The notes beneath the pieces were generated by a model. That model made no database searches. It saw only the letters and a list, made by a program, of their open reading frames with translations, and was not told the DNA's origin. Below, piece after piece: positions 30,017 through 40,005 of a stretch of DNA of 64,000 nt. The stretch is from NCBI GenBank assembly GCA_964651225.1, contig CAZYYD010000014.1:798-64797 (forward strand), in the 5' to 3' direction. The position numbers and the translations under genes were made by a program. This DNA is from an uncultured Ignavibacteriaceae bacterium (lineage in GTDB: Bacteria > Bacteroidota > Ignavibacteria > UBA10030). How positions within the stretch are numbered: the stretch's first letter is position 1; each line of letters starts with the position of its first letter.

Positions 30017-30497
30017 AGAGATGTCTATACCTACACAACATGAACAATGGATGCACGCAGCACTCAGGGAGGCACAGAAGGCTGCTGAGTCAGATGAAGT
30101 ACCTGTAGGTTCGGTCGTTGTCCATGAAGGGAAAATAATCGGAAAAGGATATAATCAGATTGAACGGCTCCAGGACCCTACCGCTCATGCAGAAATGATT
30201 GCTATAACGGCTGCAGCAAACTATCTGCAGTCAAGGCGGTTGGAAAATTGCGCACTCTATGTAACGCTTGAACCATGTGCGATGTGTGCCGGTGCCATTA
30301 TCCTGGCCAGAATTCCTACGCTCATATTTAGTCTATACGATCCCAAGGCCGGTGCGTGCGGGACACTTTTCAATATCGTAGAAGATACGAGATTGAATCA
30401 TACTGTCCATGTTCTGGGAGGAGTGTGCGACAGAGAAAGCCAGTCGCTCCTGCAGGCATTCTTTTCAAAAAAGAGGATCCCTACACCGAAGAAGTAG
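30009..30497 (+). CDS. tadA: tRNA adenosine(34) deaminase
   Basis: [26 protein letters not shown]. Confidence 0.93.
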   Translation: MNKEMSIPTQHEQWMHAALREAQKAAESDEVPVGSVVVHEGKIIGKGYNQIERLQDPTAHAEMIAITAAANYLQSRRLENCALYVTLEPCAMCAGAIILARIPTLIFSLYDPKAGACGTLFNIVEDTRLNHTVHVLGGVCDRESQSLLQAFFSKKRIPTPKK

Positions 30498-30515
30498 TAC
30501 AAGCAATAGAAAAAG

Positions 30516-31586
30516 TTATGCGGTCAGGTTCCGAAGCTTTTCGGCGCGGTCAGCAATACGTAATTGTTCGATCAGTTCATCCAGTTCACCGTCAATGACC
30601 CTATCCAGACTATAGAGTGTAAAACCGATACGGTGATCGGTCAACCGGTTCTGCGGAAAATTGTACGTCCGGATCTTATCGCTCCGGTCGCCGCTTTTGA
30701 CCATGGATTTGCGCTGCTCAGCAGTGTTTTTCGTCTGTTCCTCAAGTTTCATTTCGTACAATTTCGAACGAAGCATTTTCATGGCTCGTTCGCGGTTCTG
30801 AAATTGTGAACGTTCCTGCTGGCATGCGACGATAATCCCGCTCGGTCTATGAGTGATTCGTACCGCTGTCTCAACCTTATTCACATTCTGTCCCCCCTTA
30901 CCGCCGGAACGATAGGTGTCAAATTGAAGATCGGCAGGATTGATCTCGACCTCAACTTCTTCCACCTCAGGCAAGACAACAACAGATGCCGCAGATGTAT
31001 GGACGCGTCCTTGTGCCTCAGTTTCAGGGACACGCTGAACCCGATGGACGCCGCTTTCATATTTCATCACGCCGTACGCACCGTCACCCGAAACGGCAAA
31101 AGAAATTTCCTTAAACCCGCCTTTATCGGTTTCGTTCCAATCCATCAACTCTGCTTTCCAACCTTTGCGCTCTGCATAGCGTGTGTACATCCGGTACAGG
31201 TCAGAAGCGAACAAAGCAGCTTCTTCTCCCCCCGTGCCTGCCCGGATCTCCATGATAAAATTCTTCGTGTCATTGGGATCCGGCGGAATGAGCAGTACCT
31301 TTAATTCTTCTTCCAGACGAAGGACTTCAATTTTGAGATGATCGTATTCTTCCTGGGCAAGTGCCTTCATCTCCGGATCGCTGGTGGATTCTAATAACTC
31401 CTTGCTGCCGTTGAAATCGTGAAAGGCTTTCTTATAACGAAGTCCGGGTTTGACGATCAACTCTAGGGACCGGAACTCCCTCCCGAGATCACGGGTTTTC
31501 TGCTGATCCGTAAGGACAACCGGATTGCTCATGAGAGCGTTCACTTCGTCATAACGCTGGAATATTTTTTCTAACTTCGCAATCAT
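30516..31586 (-). CDS. prfA: peptide chain release factor 1
   Basis: [21 protein letters not shown] (PxT), [17 protein letters not shown]. Confidence 0.97.
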   Translation of the reverse strand: MIAKLEKIFQRYDEVNALMSNPVVLTDQQKTRDLGREFRSLELIVKPGLRYKKAFHDFNGSKELLESTSDPEMKALAQEEYDHLKIEVLRLEEELKVLLIPPDPNDTKNFIMEIRAGTGGEEAALFASDLYRMYTRYAERKGWKAELMDWNETDKGGFKEISFAVSGDGAYGVMKYESGVHRVQRVPETEAQGRVHTSAASVVVLPEVEEVEVEINPADLQFDTYRSGGKGGQNVNKVETAVRITHRPSGIIVACQQERSQFQNRERAMKMLRSKLYEMKLEEQTKNTAEQRKSMVKSGDRSDKIRTYNFPQNRLTDHRIGFTLYSLDRVIDGELDELIEQLRIADRAEKLRNLTA

Positions 31587-31592
31587 GGAGAC

Positions 31593-32651
31593 TTAAACTT
31601 TCTCGATATGAGGGATTGTGATAGTCGCTGGTTGAAGACGGTATTTTGCAGGATCTTCCTGGCCTAAAGCACACTTCAGAGCAACCAGTGCAACTTCGAT
31701 CTGGTCAGTTGTTGGTTCTTTTGTTGTAATCTTCTGAAGCCAGAGTCCCGGAGCTATGATAGCCCGTCCCCACCATGGTGTGCTGTGTTTTGCAGAAAAT
31801 TTTATAATCTCATACGCGATGCCGCCGACAATCGGGATAAAGGGAAGATGTGTCAGCAATCGTACAGGGAGCGAAAGGGAGCCGAGCAATTTTAATAGGA
31901 AAGCATCGAGAAGACTGAAAGAAAGAATGGCGACAAAAGCCACGATCAGCAGGAAACTGGTGCCGCATCGCGGATGGAAACGGCTGTACCCTTTGACAAT
32001 ATCCGGAACAAGTGCCGCTTTGAGTTCGAAAGCGAAGACAGATTTATGCTCTGCTCCGTGATAACGGAAGAGCTGCTGGATATCTTTCATCAGCGAAATT
32101 CCGGCCAAATACAGAAGCAGAATAGAAACACGGATCGCTCCTGCTACAAGGTTAAAACTGACAGCTGTTTGTTCGATCACGAAGACTTTTGTCGTTACAT
32201 ACAAAGGAACTATGAAAAAGATACCAATGCCGAGTGCTAACGCCATGATCAATGTTCCGGTCAAGGCAAGAGTCGATTGAGTCTTCTGTTTCTTCTCTTT
32301 TCCATTGTGTTTCTCTGTACCATTGTCCCCCTTATTTTCGTTTTCCACATCCAGCATAGCAATTTCTGCGGAAAAATTAAGGGTTTTGATACCGAGGTAC
32401 ATCATATCGACAAGTCCAACCGCACCGCGGAGAATTGGTACGTTCAGCCATTTGTATTTTTCCGTGACAGATTTATAGGGTTGATACTGGACGACGATTT
32501 CTCTGTTAGCACGCCTCACCGCGGTTGCTACAGAGCCGGCTGCTCGCATCATCACGCCTTCCATAACAGCTTGGCCGCCCACTTGCATCGGCTTATTCGG
32601 GTCGTAATCCGGATTTGTTGGGATCCATTCTTGTTTGTCTATTTGTTCCAC
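31593..32651 (-). CDS. DUF1385 (YqhQ-like) membrane protein
   Basis: VGGQAVMEGVMM, YHGAEHK, HPRCGTSF, QKITTKEP; GTG start with AAGGAG RBS. Confidence 0.9.
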   Translation of the reverse strand: MEQIDKQEWIPTNPDYDPNKPMQVGGQAVMEGVMMRAAGSVATAVRRANREIVVQYQPYKSVTEKYKWLNVPILRGAVGLVDMMYLGIKTLNFSAEIAMLDVENENKGDNGTEKHNGKEKKQKTQSTLALTGTLIMALALGIGIFFIVPLYVTTKVFVIEQTAVSFNLVAGAIRVSILLLYLAGISLMKDIQQLFRYHGAEHKSVFAFELKAALVPDIVKGYSRFHPRCGTSFLLIVAFVAILSFSLLDAFLLKLLGSLSLPVRLLTHLPFIPIVGGIAYEIIKFSAKHSTPWWGRAIIAPGLWLQKITTKEPTTDQIEVALVALKCALGQEDPAKYRLQPATITIPHIEKV

Positions 32652-32676
32652 ATCTCACTCCTTATCATTCTTGTGA

Positions 32677-32705
32677 AATATACGGAACTTTTTCTGCGCT
32701 ATCAA
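32677..32705 (-). promoter_or_regulatory. sigma70 promoter of DUF1385-prfA
   Basis: TTGATA-N17-TATATT on the - strand. Confidence 0.65.
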
Positions 32706-32739
32706 TTTGGCAAGGAGAAGAAGTTTATCTAAATTAGAC

Positions 32740-34584
32740 ATGGAAAGAATCGGAATGCAGCCAACGGAACATTTAAAAAAATTAGAGCTGCTCGCTCCTG
32801 CTAGGGACCTTGAGTGCGGAATTGCGGCAATCAATCATGGCGCCGATGCTGTCTACATTGGTGCGCCAAAGTTTGGTGCACGCGTCGCTGCTGGAAATTC
32901 TCTGAACGATATCGGAAAACTTATCGATTATGCACATCGCTATTGGGCGAAAGTCTATATTACCATCAATACGATTCTTTATGATCATGAACTCGAAGAA
33001 GCACTCGGTATTGCCCGGTCTGTCTACGATGCTGGTGCCGATGCACTGATCATTCAGGATATGGGATTGCTGGAACTCGGATTGCCCCCAATTCCATTAT
33101 TCGCCAGCACGCAGACACATAATTACTCCTTGGAGAAAATTCAATTCCTGGAAAAAGTGGGATTTCAGCGAATTATTCTTGCGCGCGAATTATCGCTGAA
33201 GCAGCTGTACGAAATTCGGAAGAGTACTTCGGTCGATCTGGAATTCTTTATCCACGGCGCATTGTGTGTCAGTTTCAGCGGACAATGCTATCTTAGCGAA
33301 GCAACGCAGGGGCGAAGTGCCAATCGAGGCGAGTGTGCCCAGCCATGCAGACTTCCTTACACGCTCACGGACAGTAAAGGGCGCATATTGGATGAAGAGA
33401 AGTACCTGTTGTCACTAAAAGACCTGAATCTCTCAGGTTTTCTGAAAAATCTGATTGACGCAGGGATTACCTCCTTCAAGATCGAAGGACGGTTGAAAGA
33501 TATCAATTATGTCAAGAATATCACTTCATACTATAGACAGAGAATTGATGATATAATAGAAAAGGGATCTTTATTTGGCAAAGCTTCCTCCGGGAAAACA
33601 ACAATTCGCTTCAAACCGGATCCGGCAAGAACCTTCAATCGTGGATTCACGGAATATTTTATCCGACGGCGTAGTAAAGATATTCTTTCTCCTCACACGC
33701 CGAAATCAATAGGTACCTATTTAGGGAATGTTGAGCGGATCGAGAAGGATCATTTCGTGTTCGATACAGAAGAGGAACTCCATAGCGGTGATGGGATTTG
33801 TTTCTTAGATCGGAATAAGGTGCTGCAAGGAACGAACGTCACGAGGATTGAAGGGAAAAAGGTATATCCTTCTGAGCTCGATGGAATAGAAGAACAGGCA
33901 GAGATCTATCGGAATTTCGATTACACGTTTACAAAAACATTGAAGTCAGAAAGGACAGAGAGGCTTATTGGTCTAGAAATGCGGTTTGAAGAGACAGAGG
34001 ATGGATTTCTGCTTTGTCTGAAAGATGAAAACGCTGTTGGGACGACAGTAACCCGGAGGATGGAAAAAACATCGGCGATAAATACTCGATGGGGTGAAGA
34101 AACCGTCCGGAGACAATTAACAAGGTTGGGAGGGACAAAGTTCGTTTGTAAAAAGTTCACTCTCGTCTGGAACCAGCCGTATTTTCTACCTATCAGTCTG
34201 CTCAATGAACTTCGCCGGGAGGCTGTTTTTCAATTAGGTCGGGAGCGATTGCAACAGTATCCCCGCCGTAGATTCCATTTGATGCCTAACACTGAGCCTT
34301 ATCCTGAAACGAAGTTAGATTATTCCGCAAATATTGCAAATAAAAAAGCGGAAGACTTCTATCGCCGGCATGGCGTTACATCTCTTGATCCTGCTTTTGA
34401 ACTCCAATCCAATGTCCCTGGTGCTGCCCTTATGACAATGAAACATTGCCTGCGTTTCCAGTACGGTCTTTGCGCCGGTGTGGGAGCTAGGGATGTCGAA
34501 CCGTTATTTTTACAGGAGGCGAAGAATCGATATCGGTTAGAATTTGATTGTGATGTCTGCCAAATGAAAATAATATCTGAGTAA
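32740..34584 (+). CDS. rlhA: U32-family protein, RlhA-like (23S rRNA 5-hydroxycytidine synthase)
   Basis: LELLAPA, GADAVYIG, HGALCVSFSGQC, ANRGECAQPCR, FKIEGR, long DUF3656-like C-terminus. Start 32740 or 32755. Confidence 0.8.
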   Translation: MERIGMQPTEHLKKLELLAPARDLECGIAAINHGADAVYIGAPKFGARVAAGNSLNDIGKLIDYAHRYWAKVYITINTILYDHELEEALGIARSVYDAGADALIIQDMGLLELGLPPIPLFASTQTHNYSLEKIQFLEKVGFQRIILARELSLKQLYEIRKSTSVDLEFFIHGALCVSFSGQCYLSEATQGRSANRGECAQPCRLPYTLTDSKGRILDEEKYLLSLKDLNLSGFLKNLIDAGITSFKIEGRLKDINYVKNITSYYRQRIDDIIEKGSLFGKASSGKTTIRFKPDPARTFNRGFTEYFIRRRSKDILSPHTPKSIGTYLGNVERIEKDHFVFDTEEELHSGDGICFLDRNKVLQGTNVTRIEGKKVYPSELDGIEEQAEIYRNFDYTFTKTLKSERTERLIGLEMRFEETEDGFLLCLKDENAVGTTVTRRMEKTSAINTRWGEETVRRQLTRLGGTKFVCKKFTLVWNQPYFLPISLLNELRREAVFQLGRERLQQYPRRRFHLMPNTEPYPETKLDYSANIANKKAEDFYRRHGVTSLDPAFELQSNVPGAALMTMKHCLRFQYGLCAGVGARDVEPLFLQEAKNRYRLEFDCDVCQMKIISE

Positions 34585-34608
34585 CTTTCATGAGTAGAGG
34601 AATCTGCT

Positions 34609-36942
34609 ATGACCAACATTTTACGATCTATTCCTATCATCATGCATCTCACAATATTCCCGATCATGATAACGGCACATGAAATATCCATTATCCCTCG
34701 ACCTGTAAAAGTGGTCGATGGTAAGGGGGTCTTCTCGTTCAACAAAAATACTTCAGTAGTTATAGAAGGAGACTTCAAACAGTTGTCAGCGATAGCTTCA
34801 CTATGTATGGATGGAATTTGTACATGTACTGGTACGGAAATGGTTCTTAAAAAAATACCGATAACAAAAAAACTTAAAAATGTCATTATTTTGAAATTGC
34901 TTAAATGCAATAAAGATGACGATCAAGAAGGATACCGCCTCACTGTTGGAACAAATAGAATCACCGTTGAATCGATTGCACCGGCAGGTATTTTTTATGG
35001 TATTCAATCATTGCTGCAACTGATCCCAAAGGAAAAACAGGGGAGTGAATTTGCAATTCCTGCTGTATCTATTGAAGATCGGCCAAGATTCAAATGGCGG
35101 GGTATGCATCTTGATGTCAGCCGACATTTTTTCCCAAAGGAGTTTATCAAGACATACATTGATATGCTGGCGATGCATAAAATGAATGTTTTCCATTGGC
35201 ATTTAACTGATGATCAAGGCTGGCGAATCGAAATAAAAAAATATCCAGAACTCACCGGGGTCAGTGCATGGCGTGTTGATCGTGAAAATATTTCAGAATG
35301 GAATTTTCGTGATGGGCAAAGAAACGGAGAAAAAGCGACGTACGGCGGCTTTTATACACAAGATGAGATCAAGAATATTGTACAGTATGCTCAAAAGAGA
35401 TTTATCACGATTGTCCCCGAAATAGAAATGCCGGGACATACGAAAGCAGTACTGGCTGCATATCCCCGGTTTTCGTGTACTGGAGGACCTTTTACAATAC
35501 CGGCGGGGCGTTATTGGCCGATCACGGATATTTATTGTGCAGGGAATGATAGCACATTCCAATTTCTCCAGGACGTTCTCAACGAGGTAATTGCCCTTTT
35601 CCCGGGAAAGTACATTCATATTGGCGGTGATGAAGCAAATCATAAGGAATGGAAGAAATGTACAAAATGTCAAAATCGTATTAAATCAGAAGGATTAAGA
35701 GATGAGCAGGAACTCCAAAGCTACTTCATTAAGCGTGTTGAAAAGTTCTTAAAATCCAAGAATCGAAAATTGATTGGATGGGATGAGATTTTGGAAGGCG
35801 GCCTTTCACCGGAGGCAACAGTCATGTCATGGCGTGGAACAAGAGGCGGAATTGCTGCTGCACGCGAGGGTCATGATGTTGTGATGACACCCGGCTCGCA
35901 TTGCTATTTCGACTATTACCAGGGCAATACCGGACTTGAACCACTTGCCATCGGCGGTTATCTGCCCCTGAGCACAGTGTATTCGTTTGAGCCCGTCCCT
36001 GATAGTCTTAGTACTATCGAAGCAAAACATGTACTTGGTGCACAGGGAAATGTCTGGACAGAATACATAGCAACACCTGCACATGTCCAGTACATGACAT
36101 TGCCGCGCATGGCAGCTATGGCGGAAGTGGTGTGGTCACCGAAGGAGGAGCGCAACTGGCAGGATTTCTCATCACGAATCGAAAATATCATGAAGCAATA
36201 TGAAAAACGTCATTGGAATTATTCAAAAAGTGCATACCAGATTATGTTTCATGCATCAATCGATTCCTTGAATCGAAAAGTGAATGTCGCGTTGACAGTT
36301 GAAGTACCTTCATCCACGATCCATTACACACTAGATGGAAGTCAACCCTTGCCGACATCGCAGGTATATGATTCACCAATTTCTATTGCGCAGACCGGCG
36401 TCATCAAAGCCGGGTCGTTCAAGAATGAAAAGCTTATTGGATCTGTTACGGAACAGCAGTTTGTATTTCATCAAGCTTCATTTAAACCTGTCAGACTCAA
36501 GAATACTTATGAGGGATATAAGGGTGACGGGGTGCAGGCGCTGACAAATACTCTTCGCGCTACGAAGTTTTACGGTGATAAGAATTGGCAGGGATTCCGT
36601 CAAAAAGATTTTGAGGCCGTAATAGACCTCAACGAGACAACAGATATTAGGAAGATATCGGCAGGATTCTTGCGGAATCTTAGATGGGGGATTTTCCTTC
36701 CGACAGAGGTCGAATATGCTGTCTCAGATGATGACCTGCACTACTTAGTGATTGGTAGGTTTTTAACTCCACTTCCGCAGATTATCGAGGCAGATGACAT
36801 CAAAGAATACTCGCAAGTGTTAGTCAATGGCAGGGCACGCTACATCCGCGTCCGCGCGAAGAATATAGGTCTCTGTCCTCAGTGGCATCCGAGCCAAGGT
36901 GAACCGACATGGATCTACATCGATGAGATTATGGTCAACTAG
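34609..36942 (+). CDS. GH20 beta-N-acetylhexosaminidase with C-terminal Fn3-associated/discoidin-like domains
   Basis: DRPRFKWRGMHLDVSRHF, HWHLTDDQGWR, PEIEMPGH, HIGGDE, IHYTLDGS. Confidence 0.93.
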   Translation: MTNILRSIPIIMHLTIFPIMITAHEISIIPRPVKVVDGKGVFSFNKNTSVVIEGDFKQLSAIASLCMDGICTCTGTEMVLKKIPITKKLKNVIILKLLKCNKDDDQEGYRLTVGTNRITVESIAPAGIFYGIQSLLQLIPKEKQGSEFAIPAVSIEDRPRFKWRGMHLDVSRHFFPKEFIKTYIDMLAMHKMNVFHWHLTDDQGWRIEIKKYPELTGVSAWRVDRENISEWNFRDGQRNGEKATYGGFYTQDEIKNIVQYAQKRFITIVPEIEMPGHTKAVLAAYPRFSCTGGPFTIPAGRYWPITDIYCAGNDSTFQFLQDVLNEVIALFPGKYIHIGGDEANHKEWKKCTKCQNRIKSEGLRDEQELQSYFIKRVEKFLKSKNRKLIGWDEILEGGLSPEATVMSWRGTRGGIAAAREGHDVVMTPGSHCYFDYYQGNTGLEPLAIGGYLPLSTVYSFEPVPDSLSTIEAKHVLGAQGNVWTEYIATPAHVQYMTLPRMAAMAEVVWSPKEERNWQDFSSRIENIMKQYEKRHWNYSKSAYQIMFHASIDSLNRKVNVALTVEVPSSTIHYTLDGSQPLPTSQVYDSPISIAQTGVIKAGSFKNEKLIGSVTEQQFVFHQASFKPVRLKNTYEGYKGDGVQALTNTLRATKFYGDKNWQGFRQKDFEAVIDLNETTDIRKISAGFLRNLRWGIFLPTEVEYAVSDDDLHYLVIGRFLTPLPQIIEADDIKEYSQVLVNGRARYIRVRAKNIGLCPQWHPSQGEPTWIYIDEIMVN

Positions 36943-36995
36943 TTTGAATCTGAGAAATACACTAAAAGTTCACTACCAGCGTGCTTCTTGTTATG

Positions 36996-37069
36996 TGCAC
37001 CCGGAGGGAGTCGAACCCCCAACCTACAGCTCCGTAGGCTGCCGCTCTATCCAATTGAGCTACGGGTGC
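36996..37069 (-). tRNA. tRNA-Arg (anticodon ACG, read as ICG after TadA)
   Basis: Reverse complement GCACCCGTAGCTCAATTGGATAGAGCG-GCAGC-CTACGGA-GCTGT-AGGTTGGGGGTTCGACTCCCTCCGGGTGCA. Confidence 0.95.
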
Positions 37070-37260
37070 GTTTGCAACCTTGTTCATAATTGAGTCCCGC
37101 TTGAAAGCAGCGGGATTCATAAAATGGATACTGCTCATAAAAAATACTCGCAGACCATTTTTGAACTATGGGTGCGTTGAAAATTATTTATTCTAGCAAT
37201 TCCTTTTTCATGTTGAGTGAACTTCTAATTCCATTTCACTCTCATTGTAATAAGAAGTGT

Positions 37261-37368
37261 AACAACTGTCTCGAATAAGGAACGCCAAGCGAAAGGAGGC
37301 TTCCTGTCTCCCAACACTTTGGTGTTCTGCTCTTTCAGGCAAATTTCCTTATATTTCGTAAGATTGTT
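37261..37368 (-). ncRNA. candidate structured RNA in the leader of tRNA-Arg(ACG)
   Basis: Nested complementary segments forming a three-way junction, beginning just downstream of the promoter at 37385-37413. No family recognised. Confidence 0.4.
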
Positions 37369-37384
37369 TTTTAAATTCGTGCAC

Positions 37385-37413
37385 AATATACAAAAAGATC
37401 AAAGGGAAGGCAA
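37385..37413 (-). promoter_or_regulatory. sigma70 promoter driving the leader RNA and tRNA-Arg(ACG)
   Basis: TTGCCT-N17-TATATT on the - strand; same hexamers as the lpdA promoter. Confidence 0.6.
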
Positions 37414-37786
37414 GAATGTATAGTTAGAATATTCTTCCAATGAAAGAGACTTCCTTCTCCACTATCCGGAAGATTTATCAGTTCGATATATCTTTATGTC
37501 TTTGTGCTTCCATCCCGGCCGTGAGTCTTCGGGGAGCTTTTAACAATAGGGTTGTCACCTCATGTTTATTCAAAAATAAAAATTTCGCAACCCGCTTCTG
37601 GCGAAAATACCACACAGGAGTTTCTGTTAAAAATGGACTCTCCAGAAACGGAAAGTTGATTGAATAAATTTGAAAAGGAGCTGTTATCTTACTCTGACAA
37701 TATTGATTTGGGAAATAGAAAACAAGGGATACACTGAAGAATCCCTTGAGTCATTCCCTTGATAAATGGATTTTTTAAAGATTCGC

Positions 37787-37815
37787 TTGAATCCGATTAT
37801 TTTCTTTTCTACATT
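37787..37815 (+). promoter_or_regulatory. sigma70 promoter of the lipoprotein operon
   Basis: TTGAAT-N17-TACATT. Confidence 0.55.
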
Positions 37816-37867
37816 CGTTGAGATAAAGAAACGGACATTTGCAGTCAACCTTAACCATGGAGGACTT

Positions 37868-38323
37868 ATGAAGTGTACGATAATCTTTGTTCTCTCTTCA
37901 CTACTGTTAGCGGGCTGTTCCTCATTGATCCTTAAACCTGCAGATTTTTCATGGCCGGTGGAATCGGTAATGAAAGTAGATCGTAAAGGCATGATAGAGG
38001 AGCAACGGAACAACTTTTCGGTGAACGTGAAAGGGCTGCTGTTTGCAGAAACACAGGATTCGATCAACGTCACGACACACACATTGCATCTTATTCGTGA
38101 CATCAAAGGATATTATTTTATCACGGGCCCAAAGTTCAAGAATGTATACGTTTTTGAACAGGCAGAAGGAGGATTGAAGCTTGCAGCGAAGATCCTTATC
38201 AAAGAGCAGGGACTCGAAGATCCGGCGTTTAACCAAAAAGCGCCCTATATCCAGCTCCTCAACGAGAAAGACAAACCACTCCTCCTGAGTAAGGAAGGAA
38301 TTCTGGAAGGAGGCAAAAAATGA
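37868..38323 (+). CDS. hypothetical lipoprotein
   Basis: GGAGG RBS; MKCTIIFVLSSLLLAG-C lipobox; stop overlaps the next ATG. Confidence 0.8.
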   Translation: MKCTIIFVLSSLLLAGCSSLILKPADFSWPVESVMKVDRKGMIEEQRNNFSVNVKGLLFAETQDSINVTTHTLHLIRDIKGYYFITGPKFKNVYVFEQAEGGLKLAAKILIKEQGLEDPAFNQKAPYIQLLNEKDKPLLLSKEGILEGGKK

Positions 38324-39585
38324 AATCCTTTATTCGATTCTTCGTTTCTCTCCTCATCGTGGCTGCACTAGCACCCGCTCAGCAGAAATCTGATTATGCA
38401 ACCGTTAAAAGATTTCAGGAGTTAACAAAATCAATTACAAAGGCGACAGAGGAGGCAAAAACCGTCCAGGAATGCGCAGCCGTTGCCGCATCGATTGACG
38501 AATTGGGGGAAGAATTTCGATCTGAAAAACCCTTACTGGACAAGGCACTTTATCCCGACGATTTTTTAAAGACCTTTGATCTTCTCAGGGGGCGATTGAT
38601 GATCCGGCAGAAGGACTTGGGTGTTATCGAATCCCAGTTCGTCCGCATTTCAGAGCTTGAGACTCAGGTTCGGGAGTTATCCGGTCAAGTGGAGAAATTG
38701 AACGGAGAGAACAGCAAATTGATGAGTGAAATCGAAGGGCTGAAGGGCAACATCGAAAAGATCGGCGCTGAGACCGCTGCCAGAACAACCCTCACTGATT
38801 CACTGAAAGGGGTAATCACCAAACTTCAGCAACAGTTGAAAGATCGCGACCAATTGATCTTCGCACTTGTTGACAGCCTTTTTCTCCAGTATGATAAGAA
38901 TGTCGCCGATATGAAAGATGTTGAAAAGCAGGGGTTGAGTGTCAAGCTGGAACGGCACGGTGTTTTTAGCAACATCAAACGTTCATTAGAGGACAATTTG
39001 AAGTTCCTCGAAACAACATCACTCAAGGGAAATGATCTTGTCAAAGTGGTGCAGCAGCAGCAGCGATTCCAATCCCAGTGGAAAGGCCTTAGACCGAAAT
39101 TCACCGCAGTGTATGCAGGAGGGAAGAAAAAGTTCACTGATGTTGCAGACATTGATGAATTACTCATAAAATGGGCAGCAAATGTCGACCTCGCGACATG
39201 GCGATCGCTCAACCAATTGATGAAAGATTATGGGATTACCATAAAGGAGTTCACAAACGGGCAGGAATTTATCACTCAGCTTATGGCGTTTATCGATGAG
39301 CAAATTCAGAATCCGAAGAAGGATGCAGATGATGTGCGTTTGAAACTCTTCTTGAACTTCGAAGAAAATCTCTGGAAAGGTGAACTCGGTTCGTCATGGA
39401 TTCCAGCGCTTGCAGAGGTTGGGAAAATTACGGTGGAACAGAAAAATGAGATTACAGCGAAGGTGGATCAGTGGAAGTCGGAGGTATCTCCCGCTGCATC
39501 ATGGTTGACCTATGTATTGATTCTCCTTGGCGTTGCACTGGTTGTATTGATAGCGGTGCGTTATTTCCAAAAAGGGAAGAAGTAA
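38320..39585 (+). CDS. exported coiled-coil protein with C-terminal membrane anchor
   Basis: Signal peptide (APA-Q), heptad-rich ISELETQVRELSGQVEKLNGENSKL, C-terminal TM WLTYVLILLGVALVVLIAV followed by RYFQKGKK. Confidence 0.8.
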   Translation: MKSFIRFFVSLLIVAALAPAQQKSDYATVKRFQELTKSITKATEEAKTVQECAAVAASIDELGEEFRSEKPLLDKALYPDDFLKTFDLLRGRLMIRQKDLGVIESQFVRISELETQVRELSGQVEKLNGENSKLMSEIEGLKGNIEKIGAETAARTTLTDSLKGVITKLQQQLKDRDQLIFALVDSLFLQYDKNVADMKDVEKQGLSVKLERHGVFSNIKRSLEDNLKFLETTSLKGNDLVKVVQQQQRFQSQWKGLRPKFTAVYAGGKKKFTDVADIDELLIKWAANVDLATWRSLNQLMKDYGITIKEFTNGQEFITQLMAFIDEQIQNPKKDADDVRLKLFLNFEENLWKGELGSSWIPALAEVGKITVEQKNEITAKVDQWKSEVSPAASWLTYVLILLGVALVVLIAVRYFQKGKK

Positions 39586-39618
39586 GAGGTACTTCCAGGG
39601 GAAGTTTGAGGATCATGG

Positions 39619-39655
39619 AAAAGAGGTTCGGATCAGTCCGGACCTCTTTTTTTTT
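39619..39655 (+). terminator. intrinsic terminator
   Basis: AAGAGGTTCGGA-tcag-TCCGGACCTCTT followed by a T run. Confidence 0.85.
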
Positions 39656-40005
39656 ATTGATTTCAGGTCTTAGAAATCGCAGGTACAATTGCTTCGAGCC
39701 GGAATGGTTTCGGAAGAACCTCTCGTACACCTGACTGTTTAAGAGCTTCAGGATCGTCCTCTCGTTGCTCGATGCTGAAACCCGGTCAATGTGGTTGTGA
39801 ATGAATGAGCTTTTTCCTAACTTTTCAATGGAAAGTTAAATGAAATCAGATTCTGACGCCAAAGGAATGGCATGGTCTTTGGCCATCTGCCCGAGTCGGC
39901 TAATTGAGGAGTGCTGGAGAATGATGCGATTCTTGAATACTCCAGGCACATGTACGAGGGACTACAAAAGAAAAACCATCATGAATGACTATTTGGTGGA
40001 CGACA

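Noticed and set aside
34609-36942. GH20 gene as a tRNA-integrated island
   Set aside because: AT-rich 5' part and next to a tRNA 3' end, but no integrase or att repeat found.
37275-37352. Glycine riboswitch resemblance on the + strand (CGCC...TCAGGCAAA)
   Set aside because: Lacks the GGAGA and CCGAAG core, and no glycine-related gene follows.
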